Shown here: positions 45,274 to 56,355 of the stretch, piece by piece
How positions within the stretch are numbered: the first letter of the stretch is position 1
How the letters are laid out: every line of letters starts with the position of its first letter
Made by a program: the position numbers and the translations under genes
Origin: Paramoeba atlantica
Lineage: Eukaryota; Protista; Discosea
Direction of reading: 5' to 3'
Length of the DNA stretch: 64,000 nucleotides
NCBI GenBank assembly: GCA_977017575.1
Contig: CDRNVI010000014.1
Location: 124,001-188,000, forward strand
The notes under the pieces: model-generated
What the model was told of the DNA's origin: nothing
The model's database searches: none
Seen by the model: only the letters and a program-made list of their open reading frames with translations

Positions 45274-45573
45274 TGAATACGTAAGAGAATATCAATTCTG
45301 TACAACTAACGCAAATGATAGATGTTTCGGATAATAGTGACCATAAATGCAAAACAGTATCATAAATGTTATGAAGTAACCCTTTAACCACCTAATCGAT
45401 GCGGAAGTCGTTTTCATACGAAATCCCGAAATTCAGAGGTGGGTATATTATCTACCCCTTGTTCACGATATCACCCGGTAACATAGGCCCTGGTATGTTA
45501 TGGTACTACGAGTATGTTACCCCGGGTCCCCGTTTAATCTGAGTAACTCAATTCAGGAAATCATGTAAATCAG

Positions 45574-46390
45574 TCAAAGTTTCATGCAAGGAAAATGTAC
45601 TTTTCTTTTCGATGGATAAGCAAGCTCTTGTCGCCGGTGCAGTGTGATACCAGTACCCCTCACCGAAAGATACGCACCCCACGGGAGGTCTTCTTTGTGT
45701 AGTTCTCCGTGAAGTGCTTCGTTGTTGTCCAGATAGGGACTCAGAATTCCATGAAGAGAGTCGAAATTTAAATATCCGCGAAATAAATTCGCCGAAAGGC
45801 CAAGATAGTGCAGCGCAGGTGGTAAATGCTGCAATTCCAGCTTGCCCGTCAGAGTATTATTGTTGAGACAGATGTGACTGATTCGCCTTGGCAATTGACT
45901 AAGGCAAATATCCCCTGAAAAATTGTTCTCTTCAAGGTAAAGATAAAGAAGACTTTGTGGTAAGGATGTCAAATTTACTGGCCCTGTGAAGTGATTTGTG
46001 GCAAGATTCAGGTATTCAAGCGAAGGAGGGAGTGAATCTAGACATACTGTACCAGTAAAATCATTAGTGGCCCCACAGAAATATGTGACAGTGTAGGGTA
46101 GATACGTCAAATGGAGTTCACCCCCAGCGCGAAACCATTTCAAATTGATTTTGTAGACTTGTGTGCTATATATATGTATATCGATTCTCCCATTTAATTC
46201 CGTACCACTCACACGCAGGGGTATTGACATTCCAGGAGGAATCTGGCTTCTTCACATCTGCGAATAGTCGGACTAGCTCGTACTCTTGTGGTAGCATAGC
46301 ACCCCTGACTTTAGAAGGACGCGCATGGTTCGAAATACTTACCTGTGATTGAGTTGAATCATCAGCAGGCCAAACCATTATGATCGACAT
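45574..46390 (-). pseudogene. LRR gene frameshifted by a +10-nt TA-rich expansion; paralog of 56356-57162
   Basis: CTATATATATGTATA at 46166-46180 replaces GTGTA of the open copy. Confidence 0.9.
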
Positions 46391-46631
46391 TTATCAGAAG
46401 ATCAATTGTGATAAAGTGTTTTTTTCGACTATTTGTTTAATTCATTCTTAATCCTTTGGTAGAGCGAACTGAGATGAACTATGGGTACTATTAAGTAGCA
46501 CTCATGCCTACACTACTAGCACACATTACCAGCGCAACGCTGATACTAGTATTGAATCTATGGCTGTACAAAAGAAAAAAATTCGAAACATTTGGAAAGC
46601 GTTTCTTTTACTGACTGTAGGTCAATGTCGT

Positions 46632-47471
46632 TCAGAACCGTACCTTCTGTTTTGAGATCTTGTCGTGATTCGGGCGTCTATGAACAGTAACGTTGGTTCC
46701 CATTGTTGAGACGTGTGTACCCCAAGGAAGTATTTTCTCCTCGATTTCCCCGTGGATCGCGTTGTTATTATTCAAGTGTAAACTTATACTTTCAGGAAGA
46801 GAATCTAGTATCACATACCCGTGGAAATGATTTTCTGAGAGATCGAGATAAATCAACGTGGAGGGCAACTGCTGCAAATCAGGAGTTCCTGCAAAAGCAT
46901 TTTCCATCAAATTGAGATGTTTTAATGAGTTTGGCAAACGGTTAAGGCAAACACTTCCAGAAAAATGGTTCCGTTCAAGTGACAAAATTTGTAACTTTTC
47001 CGGTAGTGAAGAAAGATCAACCGACCCTTCAAACTGATTTGCAGAAAGGCATAATAATTCAAGGGACGGGGGAAGTGAGTCTAGCTGTGCTCCGCCTGTG
47101 AAGTAGTTATTTCCCGCGTGAAAGCAAGCAACAGAGTATGGAAGGTACTGAAGATTCAGCTTACCTCGGAGCTTGCGCCCGTTAATAAAAGTTTTTCGCA
47201 CCGCATTTCCGTACTTTTCCCTATTGTACAGGTAATACATACTGGCTGTGCCCAAAGGAGACCCTCTTATTGCTTCCCACTCATTGGCGGGGGTGTCTAC
47301 GTTCCAAGAAGGATGTGGATTTTCCACCTCTTCGAATAAGCGTACGAGTTCGTATTCCTGTGGCAGCAACGCGGCTCGTATCTTGGCTGGTCGTTCTGCA
47401 CGGGAAGGGTTCGTCGGTTGACACTCTTCACTATGAACGTATTGAAATAGTGTTACCATGGAAAAAAACAA
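46632..47471 (-). CDS. Leucine-rich repeat protein, 279 aa
   Basis: RPAKIRAALLPQEYEL leader; LRR units. Confidence 0.9.
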   Translation of the reverse strand: MFFSMVTLFQYVHSEECQPTNPSRAERPAKIRAALLPQEYELVRLFEEVENPHPSWNVDTPANEWEAIRGSPLGTASMYYLYNREKYGNAVRKTFINGRKLRGKLNLQYLPYSVACFHAGNNYFTGGAQLDSLPPSLELLCLSANQFEGSVDLSSLPEKLQILSLERNHFSGSVCLNRLPNSLKHLNLMENAFAGTPDLQQLPSTLIYLDLSENHFHGYVILDSLPESISLHLNNNNAIHGEIEEKILPWGTHVSTMGTNVTVHRRPNHDKISKQKVRF

Positions 47472-47940
47472 GATTAATACACTTCAATACACAATTGTTC
47501 GATACAAATTTTATAATCTAAACTTTACATTAGTGCATACAGTCTAAAGTTTCGTATGTGCAACCGGAAAGTATTGTTCTCGCATGCTAGAGCAGTATAT
47601 GAAAACATGGCTTATGAAAACATTCGATGGACGTTTCGTAGTAGCCAATATGAACAAATATTCTTCAGTCGTATTTTCTTGGCTTTACTGCATAGTTTTT
47701 AATGCCATGACGTCCGTCGTATAGAGAGGAAACTAGTTGCGAGTAGCTGGCGCATAGATGCGCTGGACAGACACGAAGGAAGAAACAGGCACCGACTTTC
47801 TTACCCCTTTCGTACAGAATGCCTTCTGTCCTGACGTCCACCCTTTGAGCCCTACACTTTCTCCGTGTTGTATTCACTTCTCATTTTTCATTTTCCCGGT
47901 CCCTACACATCTTTGTAACCTCTTCGCCCAACACCACGCC

Positions 47941-48906
47941 CTACTCGCCTTCCCTCTCCGCCGTACTCTCCTCCGAGACATTTGTATTCGAGGAGGCATA
48001 AAACGGGTGTCCAGCAGAGGACATTCCAGAGGCTCCCCACTCCCTGTGGGTCGCTAACAAATGCCTCCCTAAATCCGGTCGATGAAACCCCTCAACCGCA
48101 CTCTCCAACCCCATTGGAGTACCCCCACCCGATCGGTTGGTTTCTCCAAACTCAGAAACCCCACCCCCCGAGCCCGAATAGATCGGGTCCTGGGGGTGGT
48201 AACTCACCACCTGTTCCACCGCCGTGACACCTTGGGCGTGTACACTCTCTACTTCCTCCCGTGAAGAAGCCCAAGAACCCCCTTGTGCTCGCCCCCCCTC
48301 TTCCCCTCTCTGCTCTCCCCGCTCTCGTGCCTCTCCTGCCCTCACCGCTGTGAGCTCCACCAGGAGCGACACGACATCACCGGGGTGATACCGCAGCAGG
48401 GTGGGGATGAGACGAACCGCCGAGGCATAGCCCCCGGGGTTGTGCTCGAGAACACACGCGATCTCGTAAGGGGGGAGCGCGGAGAGGGGGGGAGGGGAGA
48501 GATGAGTAGATAGGGGATCCGAGGGATTGGGATTAAGATTCGAATCCGATGGATCATATGCATTAGGAAAAGGAGAAGAAAGGGGGGAGGGGGGAGAGGG
48601 AAAAGAAGAAGAGGGAGGGGAGGGGGAGGGGTGGAGAAGTCGAAGCCGTGCGGAGGAGAGGAGGGCGGTGGCGGCTTCGTAGTCGGGGAGAGGGTCGGAT
48701 CGTTGACGTTGGAGATGGATGGCCTCGAGGTAGGAGAGGGTGTTCTCGAGACCACGGTAGGCGGGGTGGGAGCGGTACTCCTTGTCGGAGAGCAGCCGGG
48801 TGTAGTTGCGTTTTTTGGCGTGGAGGAGGGTGAGGGCTTCGCGGGAGGTGAGGGCGGGGGCGGTGTCGAATGGAGGGTCAGGGGGGAGGGGAGGGTGTTC
48901 GTTCAT
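47941..48906 (-). CDS. RPB4: RNA polymerase II subunit RPB4-like protein (start MNEHPP)
   Basis: FDTAPALTSREALTLLHAKK and LPPYEIACVLEHNP..VRLIPTL match the Rpb4 N-terminal and HRDC motifs; Pro/Ser insert and C-terminal extension. Confidence 0.75.
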   Translation of the reverse strand: MNEHPPLPPDPPFDTAPALTSREALTLLHAKKRNYTRLLSDKEYRSHPAYRGLENTLSYLEAIHLQRQRSDPLPDYEAATALLSSARLRLLHPSPSPPSSSFPSPPSPLSSPFPNAYDPSDSNLNPNPSDPLSTHLSPPPLSALPPYEIACVLEHNPGGYASAVRLIPTLLRYHPGDVVSLLVELTAVRAGEARERGEQRGEEGGRAQGGSWASSREEVESVHAQGVTAVEQVVSYHPQDPIYSGSGGGVSEFGETNRSGGGTPMGLESAVEGFHRPDLGRHLLATHREWGASGMSSAGHPFYASSNTNVSEESTAEREGE

Positions 48907-48994
48907 AGGGTGGGGAGTAAAATGTGTAAAATACAAAAGGATTGTGCTGCTTGCGGATGAATGGTGAAACAGGTAAAGCTGGACATCACATTTA

Positions 48995-49490
48995 GGCTCT
49001 TCGTTAAACGCGGTGGTTGTTTTCAATTTAGAAGTCACTCATGATGCGCGCTTCGCGTTGAAAACGACCACCGCGTTTAACGAAGAGCATAAAAAAGAAA
49101 AATTGCCAAAAGATCACGAAGAATTAGTTTCGTTGGGTGAAATAGCTCGATTTTCCTTTACCAGTAGGGTTAGGAAGCGCATCTGATGAAACAATCGTCA
49201 CAGAATGGTAGATGAGGTCCCAAACTCTCAAAATACGACTTAGGAATCAATTTTGGAAAAATAATATTATTAATTTTTCTATTGGTCAAAAAATTCTTTT
49301 GGGTCATCCCAAAAATTTCGAGAATTTTGACCTTGTCGGACCCCTCCTGCGCGTACCAGGGGGGGTCACCCCCAGGTGGGGGGGGGTGGAAAATTATCGC
49401 GGCGGCATACTCTACCACTTCCCTGCGCTCGATTTTGAAAATTTCAAAAAACGACGTACGCCCCCCCCTCATGAACCGCCCATTTTTTTG
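48995..49490 (-). mobile_element. Family A element, reverse orientation, truncated
   Basis: Palindrome at 48995-49088 plus the reverse complement of the Family A core. Confidence 0.75.
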
Positions 49491-50400
49491 ATTATTTCAA
49501 GCTAAAGGTTATAAAGGGGTGGATACAATAGCTCCAAAAACAATAGCTCCAAAAACACTAATTTGGATGAACTTGTTCTTCATATCTCAAGGCATAAACA
49601 TAAGTTATTTCTGACGTTAATGATCTTGAGAACCTTACATTATCTCAAAGGTACTTAACTTTTGAAAAATTATTAGAAGAAAGAGTCAGAGTTGGTTCAG
49701 TCAAGAGATTAGAATTGAACAATACTGAATCAGATTACGAAAATTCTGTTCTCAGATCCAATTTCACACTATAAACCCTTACCCCACTCAATAGTACGGA
49801 CCCATATTATCGATGTTGGGACAAAAGTCTAGCAGGTAAAAAGTAGTCGCGGAAGGAAAATAAAGGTGGATTTGTGCGCTTCAGGACGAAGAGAACCCCG
49901 GAAAAATATTTTGAATCAGATCGCAGTGCCCATACCGGTTGTATACAGTCTCGTGAAAACCAGATTTTTGCAAAAAAAAAGCGAAAACTAATCGTATACC
50001 CTTTTCATAAGTTTTAATTTTTCTATGTTTTTTTCTCCTCTATGTGAAGTAAAATGAATGCGTCAACTAAGAGGGGGGGGCACCGCCAAAGCGGCACTAT
50101 TCTGCCATATTCTGCCGATCGCAGGGGTTTCGTCCTTTGGAGGCGTACTTTATTTTCGGAACCGGCCCCGCGCCGCTGGGTCTTTTTTGGTCAGAAGCTT
50201 TCTTTCCTCTGGCGGTTATATGGCAGTGGTTACTAGCGGCTACTCTGTATATAGCGACTACTATTAGTTTTGAATGCATATGTATAAAGTGTATAAAGTG
50301 TTTACATGTACACGTATACTACATTTTGATATACTGTCCCCCCGTTTTTGATGTATAGCGTGTAATATTTAATAGGTAATAGCAGACTAGCTTGTACTTA

Positions 50401-51346
50401 ATTGCGGTGGTTGTAAAACTACCGCTCTACCCTCGATTATTGAAAACAAAGTGAACAAAAACAGTGAAAATATAAAGAGGAACACAGTAATATAATAGAA
50501 GAAAAAAATATAAAAGGGGGCTCCGGTGGTCCAAAACTGAAAAAAAATTGAAAAAAATGGGGGGTCCATGGGGGGTTCCAGGGGGGGGTCCAGGAGGGGG
50601 TTCCAGGGGGGGGTCCAGGGGGGGGTCCAGGGGGGGGTCCAGGGGGGGGTCCAGGGGGGTGGTCATGGTCGAGCAAATTTTTTCGAAAAAATTAGATTTC
50701 GAAATAAAACCGCAGAAAGGGTAGCCGGGGTCTTGGCGCGCATTTTCCACCCCCCTACCCGGGGGTGACCCCCCCGCGTATCCGCAGGACGGGTCCGCCA
50801 AGTTCGGATTTTTTCGGAAAAAAAAGTTTGAAAAAAATTTCAACTTGGCGAAAAAAATGACATTTTTTTTTTCCAAAATCGTTTGCCCTCTTGTACTTTG
50901 ATAGTTTGGGACCTACACTAGCTTTCTCCGCAGTTGTTTTCGCAAGGTATCACTTCTTCGAACCGTGGTGCGCCCTTCAAAATGACCCAATTTTGACTAA
51001 AAAAGGTGAAAAAGTATTTTTCGTACCTAAAGGGGCATTTTTGTGTTGAAGGAATGGTATGGTTGGAGTCGTATTCTCTACCCAATGCGTTCGGTAGGCT
51101 TTCATTCATGCCTACGAGTGATTTCCCACGCGCAAATGTCGGATTTAGTGCTCTGAGAGCAAAAATACGCGAAAATCATCCTATTTTTACCCGAAATTCG
51201 GCTATTTTTGGCTATAATCTTTCCGTTTTCCAGGCTAAATTTTCTTTTTTAGGCTCTTCGTTAAACGCGGCGGTAGTTTTCAACGCGAAGCGCGCAGCAT
51301 GAGTGACTTCTAAGTTGAAAACAACCACCGCGTTTAACGAAGAGCC
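50401..51346 (+). mobile_element. Family A element, longest copy
   Basis: ATTGCGGTGGTTGTAAAACTACCGC end hairpin; (G6-8TCCA)n array 50559-50660; terminal 95-bp palindrome 51252-51346 flanked by TA. Confidence 0.85.
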
Positions 51347-51375
51347 TAAAATATCAAGTTACTATTTATTACATC

Positions 51376-52404
51376 ATGGAAACTTTTCCAATTGGCACTG
51401 ACGATGAATGCTTGGCATTCACTGACTTTACCTGCACCCTTATTATCTATCTCATGAACAAGATTGGGTTGGTGGATACATACGGGGTTATCGCAGCATT
51501 GATCGCAATGCACATGAATTGCACTGATGATCAGATAAGATATATAATGCGATTATGGTTCGGTAATGTGCAACCTGACACTTCTTCTCGTCGTCACATG
51601 CATAAGGCCCTTGATCAGTGTTTCAAGGAAAATTTTAGTCAGCCTGAACGTCGCCTCATGTATCAGCACCGTCAGTTTACTCGCGTTACTACGATTGTGG
51701 ACGGCACGCCAATATATGTACGAGGAGATAAGGACACTTACAGTGGGAAACATCATGCAAAAATCCTTCAAATGCAGTTGTATCTCAATGTAGCAGGACA
51801 ACCTATATGGTACCAAGGTCCGTCTATTGGCGCACAGCATGATTCTAAGAGTTTTGTTCCATCATTACTCCCAAGCCATGCGTGGGTCACTAAAGAACCA
51901 ATGCCACACAGCGATCACGATTTGATTGCCGCAGATTTAGCGTATATCGCTAATTCACACACGATATTCCCGTACAAACGTGCGCACAAACAACCAGCGC
52001 TCCCCACCCAGGAAGCAAAGTTTAATCAATATTTCGCATGCCTGCGCGGAACTGTGGAGCGCTTCAACGCGTACATTGATAGGTATCGGTTTATGCACTT
52101 TTGTGCGCGAACTCATGCCGTAGTCGCGAAACTATTTAGACTTATGTGGAATGCTGAGTGTCTTCTCTTCGCCATTGAGGAAAAAATATTGGTGGACCCT
52201 GGGACCGTACAATTCTGGTCCAACGATGACAGAAATCGAGCCTTTGTTCGGCCCATGGGTCGCACATGTAATTGCCGTTTTGAGGTCCCTTCCCGAACTG
52301 ACAAGAAAATCGTGAAAATATTCGAATGCAATACATGGAAGCCCTGGCAGAGTTCCCTTTTCTTAAAACGAAGAGATCAAAGAAAGGATCAAGAAACGTT
52401 ATAA
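51376..52404 (+). CDS. PIF/Harbinger/ISL2EU-type (DDE_Tnp_4-like) transposase, apparently open, 342 aa
   Basis: TIVDGT, YSGKH, GAQHD, AADLAY, FPYKR and FNQYFACLRGTVERFN motifs. Confidence 0.88.
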   Translation: METFPIGTDDECLAFTDFTCTLIIYLMNKIGLVDTYGVIAALIAMHMNCTDDQIRYIMRLWFGNVQPDTSSRRHMHKALDQCFKENFSQPERRLMYQHRQFTRVTTIVDGTPIYVRGDKDTYSGKHHAKILQMQLYLNVAGQPIWYQGPSIGAQHDSKSFVPSLLPSHAWVTKEPMPHSDHDLIAADLAYIANSHTIFPYKRAHKQPALPTQEAKFNQYFACLRGTVERFNAYIDRYRFMHFCARTHAVVAKLFRLMWNAECLLFAIEEKILVDPGTVQFWSNDDRNRAFVRPMGRTCNCRFEVPSRTDKKIVKIFECNTWKPWQSSLFLKRRDQRKDQETL

Positions 52405-52624
52405 AGAAAGAAGCAGAAGGTACACTAGAAGAAGTTAAGTAGGAGAAAGTACTGTAAAGTAGTTAAGAAGGAAAGTTAAGAAAGTAATGGAAGTTAATAC
52501 AATAATATGGCTACCTGAAATATTGTTTCCATTTATTCTAGTGACTCATACTGAATCATTTTTTATCATTCTTACATTAAGTCTTCGGGTTTACTATTTT
52601 TTTCACCCCGCTTACACCCTTCCT

Positions 52625-53060
52625 ATGCCTGACGTCGCCGTTCAAACTTCAGGCTTTCAGGATCAAGGTTCTGAAAAATTGAGCGTCCTGGAGGGGTACG
52701 TAGCGAAGTGGAAAGCTGCAATAGACAAACCTCTAAAGCAGTATCGAATTATTCGTGGCCGACTCGTGCTTGCACAAGGCGATCCCAGTGCTATTGACCG
52801 TGTGGTAAATCGTTGTTTGAGTGCCGTAGCATTCTACGACGACTACGTTGTATGCGGGGTGACGCTTCGCAAGGAAGGGGTTGCAAAGTTAATCCTTGAC
52901 CTCATCACGTATCGTGGTGGGTGGCTTGGAGCAGAACATGTGCGCGACGGTTTCATCGGCGAAGCCGGAACTGAATTACGAGCAGTTGTTGGGTCACAAC
53001 ACGGCTTTAATTCAGTTGATCCCGACGGCGAGTGCAAATCATTTGCCAGCCGCGTATCAT
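52625..53060 (+). other. Unassigned ORF segment (MPDVAVQ...) running into the truncated Tc1
   Basis: About 145 codons of protein-like composition between two transposases; family unknown. Confidence 0.3.
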
Positions 53061-53850
53061 CTCAGCTGCAGAGGTATCATCTCAGCTGCGCCGCGAGGGC
53101 GTTGCTGATGTTGTTCCTCAGTCTATCCGAGTTTCGATGCACCGCTTCGGACACAAAGGTAGAAAGGGTGTCCGCAAGCCCTACCTGTCCAAGCGCCATC
53201 GCAAGCTTCGGATGGACTTTGCCACGGCCCATGAGCACTGGACAGTGCACGACTGGGCTCCAGTTATATGGTCGGACGAGACGAAGATCTCGCGCTTTGA
53301 AACGGGGGGAAGTCTTTGGACATGGGGGACCCCGGGGGAGGAACTGGGTGAAAGAGGGGTAATTCCCACGGTAAAGTACGGAGGGGGGCACATCATGATT
53401 TGGGCGTGCATGTCCCGAAGCGGTGTGGGGCATGTGCGTCTAGTTCAAGGGAACCTGAACGCCACACAGTACGTCGAGATTCTTGAAGAGAATCTTGCCC
53501 CCTCCAACGAAACTATGGGTCTAGACCCCCCAATAGTCATCTTCCAACAAGATAATGGCCCCAAGCACACAAGCCATTGTGCGCAACGGCACCTCCGGGG
53601 TACCGGGTTTGAAGTCATGCGGTGGCCCCCGCAGTCCCCTGACTTAAATCCAATCGAAAACGTTTGGGGGGAACTCAAGCGGCGCCTTGCAGCGCACGAT
53701 GATCCACCAAGCGGGGTCCGAGAGCTGTGGGAGAGGGTAAAAGTGGAATGGGCGAACATACCACCCTCAGTATGTCGTGCCCAGGTGGACAGTATGCCTG
53801 CCCGTATGAAGGCAGTGCTGAAGGCTCGTGGGGGGAATACTAAATATTAA
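53032..53850 (+). CDS. Tc1-type DD34E transposase lacking the N-terminal HTH
   Basis: WSDETK, FQQDNGPKH and WPPQSPDLNPIENVW; 34 residues between the second D and E; no TIRs found. Confidence 0.9.
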   Translation: MQIICQPRIISAAEVSSQLRREGVADVVPQSIRVSMHRFGHKGRKGVRKPYLSKRHRKLRMDFATAHEHWTVHDWAPVIWSDETKISRFETGGSLWTWGTPGEELGERGVIPTVKYGGGHIMIWACMSRSGVGHVRLVQGNLNATQYVEILEENLAPSNETMGLDPPIVIFQQDNGPKHTSHCAQRHLRGTGFEVMRWPPQSPDLNPIENVWGELKRRLAAHDDPPSGVRELWERVKVEWANIPPSVCRAQVDSMPARMKAVLKARGGNTKY

Positions 53851-53960
53851 TTTTACGGGCATAATCTCTCTTGGGCCATTACGTTTCATCTATTTCTTGG
53901 GACAAGATTTTCTCTATAATAGGTAGCAAAAAAAACTTTCGAATGCTAAACTTTTTTATA

Positions 53961-54140
53961 TTCATTTTTATTTCTTTGGTAGAACGAACTGAGGTGAACT
54001 ATCTACGGGTACTATTAGGTGACACTCATGCCTACACTACTAGCACACATTACCAGCGCAACGGTGATATTTTATCAATAGCTCTATACAAAAGAAAAAA
54101 AACCGAAACATTCGAACGGTTTTTTTGCTGACTGTATGTC
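53961..54140. repeat. Duplicate of intergenic segment 46441-46625 (3' flank of an LRR gene)
   Basis: Shared CACTCATGCCTACACTACTAGCACACATTACCAGCGCAACG and flanking similarity. Confidence 0.8.
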
Positions 54141-54391
54141 GATGTTTGCATGTCAATGTGCTAGTCGAGAGAGTGTGCTAGTCGAGAGACCCTAGATAGG
54201 GTCTGTACGATCTACATTGTTAGACCCTAGTGAGTTTAGACCTATAGAATCAGGGTCAATCATCTTATGTATAATAAAGATGGGAATATAAGGGAACAAA
54301 TTAGCATATCTAAAGGAACTTCTGCATAGAAACTTAAGGATGTGGCTATTGAATATACAGCAAGTGATCTAGTGGCTTCAGCTCAATATTT

Positions 54392-55005
54392 ATTGCGGTG
54401 GTTGTAAAGGACAGTTCCGCGGTGCAGGACGGTTCCGCCAAGTTCGGATTTTTTCGGAAAAAAAATTATAAAAGAAAATTCAACTTGGCGAAAAAAATGG
54501 CAAAAAAATATTTTTCCAAAATCGTTTCCCCTATTGTATTTTTATAGTTTGGGACTTATACTAGCTTTCTGCGTAGTTGGTTTCGCAGGCTATCCCTTCT
54601 TCGAGCCGTGGTATGCCCGCGAAAATGGCCCATTTTTGACTAAAAAAGGTGAAAAAGTATTTTTCGGACCTAAAGGGGCCTTTTTGTGTTGAAAGAATGG
54701 TATGGTTGGAGTCGTACTCTCTACCCAATACGTTCGGTAGGCTTTCATTCATGCCTACGAGTGATTTCCCACACGCAAATGTCGGATTTAGTGCTCTGAG
54801 AGCAAAAATAGTTAAAATTGACCCCATTTTTACCCGAAAATCGGCTATTTTTGGCTATAATCTTTCCGTTTTCTTCAGTTTTCCAGGCCAAATTTTCCTT
54901 TTTAGGCTCTTCGTTAAACGCGGTGGTAGTTCTCAACGCGAAGCGCGCAGAGTTACGATGAGTGACTTCTAAGTTGAAAACAACCACCGCGTTTAACGAA
55001 GAGCC
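54392..55005 (+). mobile_element. Family A element with internal deletion
   Basis: ATTGCGGTGGTTGTAA start; 54420-54905 matches 50785-51250; palindrome at 54905-55005. Confidence 0.85.
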
Positions 55006-56355
55006 TATTAGACTATATTTGCCCCAATGACGAACCGCTATTCGGTGAAAAGGGCATATTTTTGTACCAACTCTTCCGACTGACTGAAAACGATTCTTGT
55101 AATATTTGAATAAATTTAAATAATTTATTAGTCCTCCATTACAAAGGGACCGTTATAAAAAGAAAGCTAGCACCACCTTTAAAATTACATTTCGTGCAAC
55201 AATATGAGCTTCTACCGCGAGGGGTGTGATATATTTGAGTGAGTAAAATCTTCCCATTGACTTACGGAATGAACATTCCTTCCTAGAATTTTTAAAAACT
55301 CTTCAGCGCCATGCGAAGGTGAAAGGTGATTACAATCCCGCAATGCAAGCATTTGTAATATTTCTGTACAATATTAATGAGGAAGGGTAAAAACGTTTTG
55401 TTAGTTTAAGAACTTTTTTCTACTCGTCGGGGAGAAATTTCATTGAACAAACTATTTGGTACAAAAATATGCCCTTTTGACCCGCTATTCCTTGTGCTCA
55501 GGGCATCATGTGTACACTCCAAAAATTCTGAGCCCAAAATTACTATTGGAGGAGACCAGTTATGTGGAAATTCAGAAGTTGAAGATATTATAGCTAAGAT
55601 TACAGAAGCTCTACATCGATGTGCAGAATGCACTTAGGGGATATTAACGTTCCACGAACAATTGTCTTAACAGATACCCCAATCATGAAGCCTTAAAAAA
55701 TCATTTGCATAGTTTCTTTGATGCCTCTACGTTGGTGCCCACGAAAGAAAGATGATCTGTGTGTCTTGTACGGCATTCGACGTATCCCCAGGCAGGGCAA
55801 AACCAATTATACTCCTCACGTGCACACAAAACGTCCTCGTTCTTCGGGTGATACTTTTCCTTCCCATACCGCACAGCTTGCGGAAAGAGTTCGTGGGCCT
55901 CCACCTAACGTAGAATTTTCGATTCTGAGGCTTTCCCTATGGACGAGAAGTCCGCTGGCAGGCCTGACCAGCAGGCGGGACATCCCGCGCCCATCCTGAA
56001 GAAATCTCACGGTACCCTTGCACCACTCCCTCAACACGGAACTTCTCGCCGGTCCTTCGAGAATGTCAGTCAAGGCGGCGGGGGCATCAACCCATGCGGA
56101 AAATTACTAGTTAAACTAGTATTTATCGGCACTATTCCGGTATGTATAAATTTACATGTCTTTTTACACTTTTTACTTTCTAGGCACGAAATGGCGTAGG
56201 ATTACACGGTGAGCCTAGTTTTAGGAGTACAGTGCCTGATGTTATTACCGGACGGGTTAATTGCGGGACGGGTATTCAAGAGACAATATGGGGGAGGGGT
56301 AGGTCATCCCCGTGCATCACACCGGTAACTCAATGCAACAAATCATATAAATCAG

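Noticed and set aside
45301-45312. AACTAACGC, the start of the kinetoplastid spliced leader
   Set aside because: The match stops after 9 nt; no SL exon or donor site follows.
55020-56100. Short ORFs after the third Family A copy
   Set aside because: Fragmented in all frames with no recognisable motif.
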